DNA of 64,000 nt from Anaeramoeba ignava BMAN (Eukaryota > Protista > Anaeramoebae), in NCBI GenBank assembly GCA_028826165.1, contig JAPDFW010000124.1:97392-161391 (forward strand). The letters are read 5' to 3'. This document shows positions 49,881 to 63,633 of this stretch, piece by piece (position 1 is the first letter of the stretch; each line of letters begins with the position of its first letter). The notes under the pieces were generated by a model, which worked only from the letters and a program-made list of their open reading frames with translations, made no database searches and was not told where the DNA came from. The translations under genes and the position numbers were made by a program.

Positions 49881-50073
49881 ATTCCAATTTCAAATTTTAA
49901 TTCCAATTTTTCTTTCTTTTTCAATTCCAATTTTAATTTCAATTTCAATTTTAATTTTAATTTCAATTCTTCTTTCTTTTTCTTTTTTTTCTTTGATAGC
50001 AATCATAAAAGAATCCAATAAAATTTTTTCCAAATTAATTCACTTTCAAAAAAAAATTGTTTTTTATTTTTAT

Positions 50074-50074
<1 letters not shown>

Positions 50075-50135
<61 letters not shown>

Positions 50136-50136
50136 A

Positions 50137-50207
<71 letters not shown>

Positions 50208-50208
50208 A

Positions 50209-50255
<47 letters not shown>

Positions 50256-50675
50256 TATTGATAATTAACGCATTGGTAATAAAAATTTATTGATTAATTG
50301 GTAATTATTTGTCACCAAATAATATATATTTATTAATTGGGTTGACAAAAATTGATTGATTGGTTATTAATTTTATTTAATTAAGTAATTAGTAATTGGA
50401 TAATTGAATTGGTGGTAATTGATTGTAATTATTGGTAATTCAAATTGATTGGTAATTAATTAAAAATTAATTGAAAATTTATTCGAAATTATTATTTGGT
50501 GGTGATTGATTGGATATTATAAATAAAATGGTATTGGTATTTTGATAATTTAAATTTTATTTACAATTAACAAGGCTGACAATTTAATTTGATAATGACA
50601 ATTAATGATTGATTGTAATTGATAAAATTGATTTGATTTGGATTTTAATTAATTGATTGATTTATTGATTAATTA

Positions 50676-50746
<71 letters not shown>

Positions 50747-50767
50747 AATTAATTGATTGATTGATTA

Positions 50768-50802
<35 letters not shown>

Positions 50803-50820
50803 AATTAATTGATTGATTGA
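50075..50820. repeat. (ATTG)n microsatellite with a degenerate interior (50262-50650)
   Basis: Clean tetramer tracts flank a scrambled ATTG-like segment. Confidence 0.9.
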
Positions 50821-50825
50821 ATAAA

Positions 50826-51378
50826 GAAAATATAAATAACTAAATAATAAATTAATAATAAATAATAATAAAATTATTTTTAAATATTAATTTTATATTA
50901 ATTTATTTATTAAAACTTATTTAATTTAATTAAAAATTAAATAAAAATTAATAAAATATTTGATTTTAAAATATAAATAACTAAATAATAAATTAATAAT
51001 AAATAATAATAAAATTATTTTTAAATATTAATTTTATATTAATTTATTTATTAAAACTTATTTAATTTAATTAAAAAATTAAATAAAAAATTAATAAAAT
51101 ATTTAATTTACAAAATATAAATAAATAAATAATAAATTAATAATAAATAATAATAAAATTATTTCTAAATATTAATTTTATATTAATTTATTTATTAAAA
51201 CTTATTTAATTTAATTAAAAAATTAAATAAAAAATTAATAAAATATTTAATTTATAAAATATAAATAAATAAATAATAAATTAATAATAAATAATAATAA
51301 ATTATTTTTAAATATTAATTTTAAATTAATTTATTTATTAAAACTTATTTAATTTAATTAAAAAATTAAATAAAAAAT
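50826..51378. repeat. 141-144-bp tandem array D (~4 copies) upstream of the giant DUF3638-like gene
   Basis: The anchor TATAAATAA(C/A)TAAATAATAAATT occurs at 50831, 50972, 51116 and 51260. Confidence 0.92.
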
Positions 51379-51583
51379 GTAATTTTCCGATTTTTAATTA
51401 TTTTTAAAAAACAAAAACAAAAAAAAAATTTTTTTTTTATTGAGGGCAAAAATAGACAAAAAAGCAAAAAAAAAGAATTTAATTAAAAAACAAAAAAAAA
51501 CAAATTTTATTTTTTTATTCTTTTTTATTTTTTTTTATTAATTTTAATTTTAATTTTAATTTAAAAAAAAAACCATTTTTAAA

Positions 51584-54500
51584 ATGAACTTTGATGATGA
51601 TGATGATTGGAGAAAGCTATCAAAAAAAAAACCATTTCATCACAATAAAAATACTCAAAACAACAGAATGAACAATAAAAGATATTACAATCAACCCATA
51701 AACCATAATTCACAAAATCAATATCTTAATAATTCAAATTCAGAAAAACATAAAGAAAGAAAAAAAGAAGAAACAAATCTAATAAATGAAATAACTTCCT
51801 TTTTTGATAAACAAAAAAAAGAAGAATTAAACTCTTTCCTTTCTGAAATTTTTTGTTCTTTTTTCCTTCATAATGAAAAATCTCCAAATCTTGTTTCTCT
51901 TGATACTTTTATTGATTTCTTTTGTTTAATTCTTAATCAAATTCCTCAACAATTTCAAATCTTAAAAGAAAAAAAAATTTATGAAAAATTTAATTTACTC
52001 AAAAAAAGTAAATCAATTCCTTCTCAAATTCTTCTTGCAAAATTGAAAGAATTAGATTCTATTTATATTTTTGATAAAATAAATCAAGATATTTCAAAAC
52101 CAATTATTTATGAAATTGGAACTAATTCTCAAAATCAAGATTTTATTAACATTTTCAATTTTTATTCTTATGATAAAAATCATCCTTTTACTTATAAAAC
52201 TATTGAAAGAGAAAATGTTTTAGAAAGAAATAAGAAAAAGAAAATAATAATCAAAAAGAAAATTATTCCAATTCTTCATATTCAAGAATCAAAAGAAAAT
52301 TTATTAAAAGAAGAATGTTTAAGAATTTTAGAAATTGCTGAAACTCAACAAAATTTTGAAAGATCTGATTTTTATAATACATTTCTATTTCGTAATAAAT
52401 CTCATTCAATTCAAAAAATGTTTGATTCAAATAAAATGATGAATGTTGCTAAATCAGAAAAAAGTTTAATTTGGAAAACATTACTTTCTATTTTCAGAAA
52501 TATTTTTAATAGCAAAATTATTTATCAAGAATTTAAAGAATTTATCTATTTTTTGATTTTTTCCTCAATCCTTAATTTTATTCAAAAAGAAGAAAAGAAA
52601 ACAATTTCTTTCAAATTTTATCAAATTTTAGAATCAAGTTTACAAAAATATTCAAATTATATTTGTAAAATTTTTCAAAAACAATCAACAAATATTGGAA
52701 GTAGATGGGAATTAATTAAAAATTTAAAAAATGAAATGAAAAAAATTCAATTTTTCAAACCAATTCCAATAAATATTGAAGAATTTAAACAAGAATATAA
52801 TGTTTATTTCAAAAATTGGAAAGAAAATATCAATAATCAAATTCAAACAATTCAAAAATTCAATTATATTTTACAAAATCAAAATTCAAATTTATCTCTT
52901 TCAAAACAAGAAGAAAATAAAACAAAATATATTATTGATACTTTCAAATTTCAAAAAAATAATTTCACATTAAAAGAATTATTAAATGAACTTAATCAAT
53001 TTAAATCTTTTCTTGATAATTTAAATTCAAATCAAAATCAAAATAAAATTTCAAATTATTTTATTGCAAATCTTTTAATGATAATTCCAACTCCAAAAAT
53101 AGAAAAACCTTATTCATTTTATCAAATTCAAAATTCAATTAAAAATGAAGAAACAAGAAATGAATTATTTTCTCTTATTAATCATTTTCAAAATTTTTTG
53201 AAAAATCTTATTGAAATTGAAATTGGATCACCTTCTTTTGGATTAGCTGTTTTCAATAATTTAGCAATTTTAATTAGAATTATTCAAATTTATGATGAAA
53301 TTTTTGAAACACATATTGATCAAAGAATTGATAAATTTAAAATTCATTCTGAACCTTTTTATCAATTTTATTATCAAGGAAATTTATTCTTAAATATTTT
53401 AGAAGCAAATAAAATTTCAGAACTTAAACAATTTTATGATAAATTTGGAACAAAACAAAATGGATTTGGATTTAGAGTAACAAACAATTTATCTTCATCA
53501 GATATTCAAGAAGAAATTCAATTTCTTACTTCATTTGTTGAAAATGAATTTTCAAATGATGAATTAATTTCAAAATTTCAAATTATTGTTTCTCCTGAAA
53601 TTAAAAAAGATGATTTTATTCAAAAAGAGAAATTTTATGAAAAACATTTTAAAAAAGGAATTTATTCTTTTCTTAAAACACAAATTGAAGAAATTGAACA
53701 AAAATGGGAAAAAGAAGAAAAATATTTAAATTTAGGATTATTTTATGAAACTCAAATTTATGAAGGAGAACAAGGAGGAAATACATTGAAAACTTGTGAA
53801 TATTATTTAAAATATTTTGAACAAAACAATCAATCAATTTCAGATCAATCAATTTTTGAAAAAGCTAAAAACAATTTAAAAAAAAAAGGAAATTTTGATG
53901 AAAACAAAAAACTTTACACAATTCAAGAAAGTTTGAAAAATTTCCAACAAATTCTTCCAAAAAATGAAATTGAAAAATCAAAAATGAATTAGATTTTCTT
54001 AAAATTTCTGTTTTTCATCTTCATAATTCTTCATCATATTCACATAAATACTATTAATTCATATCAAAAATGTATTAAGAAAAGTGAAAATAAAGAAGAA
54101 AAAATTATTTTTAGTGCATTTATTTCTGATTTATCAATGGAAAGAAAAGATTGGAAAACATCATTAAATTCCTTAAATTATTTACTTGAAGAATCATTTT
54201 CAAATGAAGAATTAATTAAAAAATATCAAGATCTTTTTATTTATAATAGAAAAATATGTTTAATTGAATTAGGAAAATTTGATGAAATTATTAAAGAAAT
54301 CAAAGATTCAAATTCAAATCCTTATTATTTATTTCTTAAATTATGGGCATATTTCCAAAAGAAACAATTTAATGAAGCTATTAAAATTGCTAATATTTTA
54401 AGAAATAAATTTAATGAAAAACCATTTAATTCAAATAAATTAAAAGAATTAGAAAATAAAATGAAATTATTTGAAGCTCAAAAACAATTTAATTCCAAAA

Positions 54501-57500
54501 ATTATTCAAAATCATATGAATTATTTTCACAAGTTTATTCAGAATATCCAGATTCTTCAATTCTTAAAATTTTTCTTTTCAAATTAAAAAGATTACAAAA
54601 TTCAAATGAAATTAAATTAGATTTTGAATTGAAAAGAAATTTCCAAAAATTAATTATTTATGAATTATTTTGTCAACAAAAAGGAAAATATTCTATTCAA
54701 ATTGATTCTAAAGATTATTATGTTCAAAATTTAATAAATTTTGAAGAAGAAATTAAAAAAAGAAATGGATTAAAAATTTATAAAATTATTTGTGATTCAA
54801 TATTTCAAACTTCAAAATTTGTTTTTAAAATTGTTGAAAGAAAATATCAACAAAATCAATCAAGAAAAATTATTGAAAGTATAAAATCATTATCTCAACC
54901 TAATTTATCTCCTTATATTTCAAATCTTAAACCCAATGAAAATTTTATTATTGATTCAAAAAATCATAATCCACCAATAGGAAGAATGAAAGAAAATAGT
55001 TTTTCTTTTCAATTTACAAAATATCAAAATTTTGAAATTAATCCTTTTTTCAATCCATTTATTATTTCAAATCAAAATCAAAATCAAAATGAAAATCAAA
55101 TATTAATTAAAGAAGAAAAACAAGATTATTTTTCTGAAAGTATTTCTGAATCAATCAAAATTATAAATGAAAAAAGAAGAGAATTTGAAGAAAATGAAAA
55201 TGAAAAATATATTCATGAAAATGAAATAATTTCAATTATTCAATCAAAAAGTAGTTTAGAATTAATTGAAGAATTTTGTTTAATAAGAACTAAACCTTTA
55301 ATTCAAAGTTCATTATTAATTGAATATTTATTATCAGATATTTCATTATTAGAAAAAGAATCATTTCGTAATTTTGCATTAATTACATTTTTTGAAAAAG
55401 ATTATTTATTTAAACAAATTCAAATAGAATCAGAAATTATCAAACAAATTGATAAATTATTAGAATATTTCAAAAATTTTATTGAAAGTTCTCCTCATTC
55501 AATTCAACCTCTTCTCAAATTTTTTTATTACTTTTTAAAAATTTGTTTCAATGAATATTTATTCTTTTCAAACAACAAAAACAAAAACAAAAACAAAAAC
55601 AATAACAATTCACAAAATGAAAATGAAAATGAAAATGAAAATGAAAATGAAAATGAAAATGAAATTGAAAATGAAAATGAAATTGAAATTGAAAAAGAAA
55701 TGAAAAAAATTGAAAAAGAAATTGAAAAAGAAATGCAAAAAATTGAAAAAGAAATGAAAGAAACAAAAACCGAAAATGAAAGAATGGAATTGAAAATGAA
55801 TCTCAACTTTTTTTATTCTCTTTTAGTTTTATTATATCAACATTATCAAACTAATCCAGAAAAATTAAAAGAATCACAAATTGAAAAATGTTTACTTTCT
55901 AAAATGAGAATTTCTTTCTTTGGATTTAAAAATGAAAATCAACAAGAAATATTTCTTATTCAACAAAAATTTGATTTCTTTTATTTTTCAATTTTAAAAA
56001 TTATTTTTGAAAAGATTGAAAAGAAAAATATTATTTCTATTTTGAAAAATATTGAAATTATTTCTGAAAATGAAGAAAAAATTGAAAATTGTTTATTATC
56101 AAAAAATTTCCCATTTATCAATTTAAAAACAAAAGAAAATAATTTATATTTAATCAATATTTTAACAGGAGAATTATTCAAAAATGGAACATCAAATATT
56201 AAAAAATTAGATTCTTATATTTCAGATCCAATTTATAAACAAATTTTTGGAAATAATCCTTTATTTCAAATTCAAAAAAAAATTATTCAACAAAATTCTA
56301 AATTTTCAAATCCTATTTTTCTTACAACATTTGAAGATTCAAAAAATCAAAAACCATTTTTTCAAATTATTGGAAATGAAAACAATATTTTACTTTTCAA
56401 ACATCAAATTTCAATTCAAAATCAAAATCAAAATCAAAATCAAAATCAAAATCAAAATGAAATAGAAAAGAAAATACTTAATTTCTTTCCAAATAATAGA
56501 AAAGAAATTCCATTAATTTTTCAAAATAAGAATTATTTACATTGGATAAATGAAGAAAATTCCAAAATTTATATTCAAAAAATTCCAAAAGAAATTCAAT
56601 TATCAAATGATTTTGTTAAAATTTCTAAATGGATTTCAGAAACTCAACCAGAATATTTAATTCAAAAAAATTCTGAAAATAAATATGAATTAATTGAAAT
56701 GAAAAATTCATTAAAATTAATAAATTTACTTGAACAAGAAAATATGAATGAAAAACAAAAAAAATCAATTCAATTTCTTACAAAAGAAATTCAATCAAAA
56801 GAAATTCAAAATTTTAATAATTTATCTTTTCAAAAAATATTAAAAATTAAAGATTCAAATTCAAAATATTTTGGATTTGAAAAATTTGATTCAATTCTTA
56901 TTTGGCAAGGAAAATCAAAAATTAATCAAAATCAAAATCAAAATCAAAATCCAAAATCAAAATCAAATTCAAAATCAAAATCAAAATCAAAATCAAAATC
57001 AAAATGAAAATGAAAATGAAAATGAAAAATCAAATAATTATTTTCCACTTAAAATTGAATTTCCAAGATATTTTCATCAATCAAAAATTATTTCATTTAA
57101 TTTTAATGAAGAAAAAAATGAATATTTATTTTCACAAGATTCTCGATTTCATTTAATTTCTTTAAAAGAATCAACAAAAGAATATGAAATTTTAAACAAA
57201 AATTTATTAATTCAAAGAAAATTTGATATGTTTTTATTAATGAAAAATGAAGAAAATAATGAAATGAAAATTATTATTCCAGTTAGATCACTTTCAGAAG
57301 ATTTTAAATTATTTTCATGGAATACTTCAAATGAAAATCCAAATACAAATTATCAATGTTTTATAATGAAAATTGATGAAAATGGAAAAATATTAACAAA
57401 TAATGAAGAAGAGAATTTTTTTATTTCATTTTTATATTTAGAACATAAATTTTATGAAGAATCTATTAAATATCTTTTAATGATTCAACCAATTTTACCT

Positions 57501-60500
57501 CTTTCTAAATTATCATTTGAAATTGGATTTTGGATTTTATCTCAATTTACAAATCAAAATTTAAAATTTCGAGATTGCCATCCATATGCTTCTTCAATTA
57601 GAATTATTTGTGCTGAAATTCTTTATTCAAATTATTTCACAAAAATTCAATCTAAAAATTTAAAAGAAGATTTTCATAATATTTTTCATAATGAAATGAT
57701 TTATAGTTGGAGAACTGAATTTCAAAATTTTGAAAGTTTCCAAACATCACTTGCTATTAATTTAAATATTTATCTTAATTTTGGAAATTTATTTATTTCA
57801 CCTAAAATTGATTATTTCTATCATTTTCAAAGATCTAAATTTTTTGAAAATATTTTCCAAAAATTTAAATTTCAAGAAAATATTTATTATTTATTAGATT
57901 CAATATTTAAAAATACTTTTGAAAATTATGATCAAAATTTACCATTTCCTCAAACTTTTGAATTTATTTATTTTGAATCTTATCTTTCTTATCCTCAAAA
58001 TATTCCAAATCAATTATTATTTTCCAAAACAGAATTAGTTTCTAAAATTCATCAAAATTCTAATAATGAACTTTCAAAAATTTTTAAGAAAGTGAAAAAA
58101 AGTAAACTTATTCCCGAATTAAAAATTAATATTAAAGAAGATTTTTCAAAATTAATTTCAGAATTTCCAATATATTTTCGATCTATTCTTCAAAGATTAT
58201 GTGATCCAAATTCAGGAATTAAAGAAAATGAAGAATTATTTTTAAATATCAAAGTTTGGATGAAATTTCTTAATTTAAAAACAAATTTTAATCTTAAATT
58301 AAAAAATATTATTTTAGATTATTGGGAAAAAAGAAAAAATTCAAATTCTCAAAAATTTAAAAATCCTTTTTTAACTCAAGAAGAAAAAAATGAAAAACAA
58401 AAACAAAAAGAAGAATCAAAATCAAAATGGAATGATCAAAAGCAAAATGGAATGATTTCTCTTCATCTTTTCAACAAAAAATAGATAAATTATTGAAAGG
58501 ATTTAATCAAATGAATTATTTTGATAAATTTAATGAAGAAGAAAATTTATTAAATCAAATGATAAAAAAAATATCTCAAAATAATAATTTTCAAGAAAAT
58601 AATCAATTATCAAATATTCAAAATTTTACTTATTTGGAAATAAAAGATATTATTTTCCAAAAGAAAATTTTAAAAGAAAAACAAAAAGAATTAAATGAAA
58701 TTAAATATGAAACAATTCAAGAAAAACAATATGAAACAATTCAAGAAAAACAAAAAGAATTAAATAAAATTGAAAATGAAATAATTCAAAAATTTGATAA
58801 ATTATTTGAAAGAAAAACTTTTGAATCAAAAATTTCCAAAATTTGAAATGAATATTTCTCAACAAAATTTTGATCAACTCAAACCAAATCAAAAATTTAT
58901 TCAAAAATCTCAAAAACAATTTTTAGAAGATGAAGAAAAAGGAAATGAAATAAATCAAAAAGAAAAATATATTCTCAAATCAAAAGAAGAAAATTCAATT
59001 CAATTATTAGAAGATTTTTTGAATAAAAAAAAACAAAAAATTGAAAAAAAATCAAACAAATTTGAGAAAGAAAATAAAGAATATTCTTAATAAAAAAGGA
59101 AATGAAAACCAGAAAATTAGAGAATTGAAAATAATTGGAAATCAAATTGAAGAATATGAAATTGAAGATATATTGAATTTATTTGCACATTTTGAAAAAG
59201 AACCATTTCAATTTTTAAATCCAAATTTAAAAGAAGAAGATATTAAAAAATTATTTGGATTTATGATAATTTTCCTTCAAAATGAAATTTTAAATCAAAA
59301 AATTATAAGAACATTAAATTTATGTGAAAATTTCAAAAAATATTCACAAAATTGGAATGAAGAAAAAAAAAATGAAGAAATCAAACAAATTGAGAAAATG
59401 ATTAAAGCAAAAAGAGATTTAAAAGCTTTAGAAAAATATATTCCTCAAATTTTAATATTTGAATATCAAAATAATATTATTTTAAGAGAAAAACAAATTC
59501 AAATTCTTTCAAAAATTTGTGAATTTTATGAAAATCAAAAATTAAATTCAAATTCAAAAGTTTAAATGAAGAAAAAAAAATAATTATTCAATTATTAATG
59601 GGAGAAGGAAAAACAAAAGTAATTGGACCAATTTTAGCTTTTCTTCAAAGTAAAATATTTCAAGATAAAAAACCATTATTAATATTCTTAACACCAGAAT
59701 CTTTAATTGAAACTAATTCACAAGATATGAAAATTACATCAAAATATTCTTTTAATCAAAAACTTAATCTTCTTCAATTTTCAAGAAATGAAGAAAATAT
59801 TGAAAAAGAAAATTTGAAAAATATTCTTGAAATGTTTAAAAAATGCAAAGAAAATTATGAATTTATAATTTCAACAGCTGAATCAATTCAATGTTTAGAA
59901 TTAGAATATATTTCTTTAATTGATGAATTTGAAAAATGGGAAGAATATAAAAAAAATCAAAATCAAAATCAAAATCAAATTTCAAAAACAAAAAAACAAA
60001 AAGAAGAAGAAGAAAAAAAACAAGAAATTCCTGAAAAAATCCAAATTTTAAATCAAATTTTAGAAATAATCAAAAAAGAATCAATTTTAACTATTGATGA
60101 AGTTGATAATGTTCTTTCTGTTTTTAGAAATGTAAATTTTACAACAGGAGAAAAAGATTTAAAATTTAAAGATTATCAAATTGAAATTATTAAAACAATT
60201 TACAAAAAATATGGAAATGAATTAAAAGAAGAAAAAAATACAATATTAACTTCAAAAGAAATGAAACAAAAACAAAAAATAATTGTTGAAAATATTTTGG
60301 AAATTTTGATTCCTGAACAAGTTGATAATCAAACTTATGAAAAATATTTTGATTATTTAATGAATGAAATATCTCTTTCCAAAAAAGATTTTGAAAAACA
60401 AAAAGATCCAAATTTATCTGAAAAACTTTCCTGGAGTAGATATATTCTTAATGATTTATTACCACAAGTTATTGATAAACAACCAAATGAACATTTTGGA

Positions 60501-63328
60501 ATTTCAAAAGAAAAATGGAAATTTGAAGAAAAAAATTCAAAACAAATTCATGTTGCAATTCCTTATAAAGCAGCTAATAAACCAATAGAAGGATCAATTT
60601 TCGCAAATATATTTGAAACTCTTTGTAAAACAATTCATTATTATTATTATATTGGATTACCTTCAAATAAAATTCAACATTTCCTTTCATTTTTACAAAG
60701 AGAATACAAACAATTAGCTTCTGAAAATTCAAATAAACATTCAAAATTAAAAAAACAAATTCAAAAAGAATTTAAAATTGATATTTCTGAAGTTAGAATT
60801 GATCAATTATCAAAACCAAAACTTGAAGAAATTCAAAAAATTGTGAATAAAAATTTATTTAATCCCAAAGTTTATGCTTATTCACATTTTCATCAATATA
60901 TTAAAGAAGAAATTTTAGAACAATTTGGATGTGAATCAAGACAACTTAATAGTACATCATCAGATCTTTGTTCTTTTTTTCAATTAATTGTTGGATATTC
61001 AGGAACTTCACAAACCAAAGAAAGAGATCAAAGTCTTGGAAGAGTTGTTAATAGTCTTCTTCAAATTGAAGATAAAAATATATTTATTATTCAACCAAAA
61101 AAAACACCTTTACAACTTTTTGAAGAAATTTTTAAAAAGAATGAAAACAATTTTCCATTTCAAACTTTTATTGATGTTGGAGCATATTTCAAAGGATTTA
61201 CAAATACAGAAATTGCCAAAGAAATGATGATATTTTTTTCAAAACATAAAAAAGAAAAAGAAAAAGAAGAAAAAGAAACAGAAACAAAAACAGAAATCAA
61301 AATCAAAGGAATTTTATTTTTTGATGAAAAAGATTTTCTTTCAATAATCAAAGAAAATGAAGAAGAAAATGATTTTAATTTGAAATTTCAAGTAATAAAA
61401 ATTGGAAGAAGTGATCCAAAAACAATTCAAACAATAACACAACTTAATCAAGAAGAAATATTTACTTTTTATGATCAAAGTCATACTATTGGAGCAGATA
61501 TTCAACAACCATTATTTTGTGAAGCTCTTTTATCAATTTCTGAAAAAACACAAACAGTTCAACTTCTTCAAGGAGCAATGAGAATGAGAAAATTAAATTA
61601 TGGAACACAAAAAATATCATTTATTATTCCACAACCAACATCTATTTTTATAAAATCAACTCTTTCTTTATCAGAAGAAGAAAACAACAAAAACAATAAT
61701 AACAATAATAACAATAACAAAAACAACAAAAATAATAACAATAACAAAAACAACAAAAATAATAAAAATAATGAAAATGATCCTAAAGTTATCAAATTCA
61801 AAATGAAAAAATTAACAGAAAAATTTGAAAAAATTCAAACAAAAATTTCAAAAATTGAAAAAGAAATTAAATCTTTTGAAAATTCAAATCAAAAAGAAAA
61901 AGAAATTAAATCTTTTGAAAATTCAAATAAAAAAAAAAAGAAATTAATTAAAAAAAAGAATAAAACAGAAAAAAAAATTGATAAATTAAAACCCAAATCA
62001 ATAGATATAATTTCATTTACTTTTATTAATGATTTGAAACAATTTTCTCTTATTTCAATTCATGAAATTATTCAAGAAATTAATACAATTATTAAAAGTG
62101 AAATTTTTGAATGGATTTTAGAAATTAAAGAATTAGAAAAGAAAAGAAAATTATTTAAATTATTTGGAAAAGAAGGAGAAATATTTATCAAACAAAATAT
62201 TCAAGATTATTGGAAGCAATATTCAAAAAAAACTGAAATGGAAGATTCTAAAGAAATTATCAAAAATTTATTCAATTCAAAAAACAACAAATTGAAAATA
62301 TATTTAAACAAATTACAAATGAAATTTCAGAATTTAAATCAAAAGGAAATCAAATCAAAAAAAGAATTTTGGATAATTTAGAAAAAATTGAAATTAATTT
62401 TGAAAATTCTTTTCAATCTTTACCTGAAAAATTTTATTCATCACAAAAAGATGATAATTCAAATCAAGAAACTCATTTAAAATTAGAAATGTCAATTCAT
62501 GAACAAGAACAACAATTATTGATAATTGGAAATAAATTTGAAACAAATAAAGAAAATAAAATTAATATTCCTTTTATTATTCAAGAAAATATCAATTCAA
62601 AAATTAAAACAAATTCATATTTCAAATTAATTCAAAAATTCCAGAAATGATTTATCCAAAAATGAATAAAAAAATGAAATGAAAATTTCTTAAAGAATTT
62701 ATATGTTACTCAAAATTTTATCAATTCAATTAATCAAAAAGAAATATTAAATTTTAGATTAAGATTTTTTACAAGAATTTTATTAATAATTGAAGCAAAA
62801 ACAAAATCAAAAATTTGGATATTTTTAACTCAACAAGAAATTGAAGATATTATGGAATTTATTTTAGATTTGAAAATGAGAAATATCAAGAAAGATAACA
62901 ATAATAACAATAATAACAATAATAGTAATAATAATAACAATAATAATAATAATGATAACAAAAATTCTTTTATTTTAATGAGTTTAGATGGAAATATTCT
63001 TTGTAGATTTGGATCAGAATTCAAAGATATTACAACAAATATTATTCAAAAGAAACATATTCCAAATCATCATCAACATTTCACTTTAATTAATGAAATT
63101 CGAAAAACTCTTTTTATTTTTGGATTATTAAAATTTCATTGGGGAATTTTTGAAATTGGAAGAAATAAAAATAAAGAAATAAGAAATGATATTGAACAAG
63201 AATTGAATAATTTTTATCAACTTCAAGAAAATTTTAAAGATAATTTTTCACAAAATCTTTCTACTTTTAAAAAGAAAATTCATTTTAATTTGGAACAAAT
63301 TTCCAAAAATAATTCCAAAAAAGATTAA
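51584..63328 (+). CDS. Giant (~3900 aa if repaired) intronless DUF3638/DUF3645 SF2-helicase-like P-loop protein with a TPR-like segment; ~10 frame disruptions (pseudogene or unpolished assembly)
   Basis: Consecutive ORFs overlap in shifted frames without needing introns. Motifs in order: IFEYQNNIILREKQ, QLLMGEGKTKVI (Walker A), LTIDEVD (Walker B), AIPYKAANKP..GSIF (DUF3645-like), GYSGT, FIDVGA, FYDQSHTIGADI, LLQGAMRMRKL. Confidence 0.72.
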
Positions 63329-63477
63329 TTTTTTTTTTCAATTCTTTTTTTTCAATTCTTTTTTTTTCAATAAAAGAAAAATCAAATCAAATCAAAATTG
63401 TTTTTTTATTTTTTTTTCTTTTTTCTTTTTAAATTAATTAACTGTTTTTGATTAATTTTTCTTTTGATTTTTAAATT

Positions 63478-63526
63478 AATTAATTGATTGATTGATTGAT
63501 TAATTGATTGATTGATTGATTGATTA

Positions 63527-63557
<31 letters not shown>

Positions 63558-63558
63558 A

Positions 63559-63633
<75 letters not shown>

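Noticed and set aside
50075-50820. (ATTG)n as a telomeric repeat
   Set aside because: Internal position between genes and not a G-rich telomere-type unit. It cannot be supported from this window.
51584-63328. Giant gene as a transposon or endogenous virus, or an intein host
   Set aside because: No transposase, integrase, polymerase or capsid motifs, no TIR/TSD, and no Hint (C...HN) or LAGLIDADG motifs recognised.
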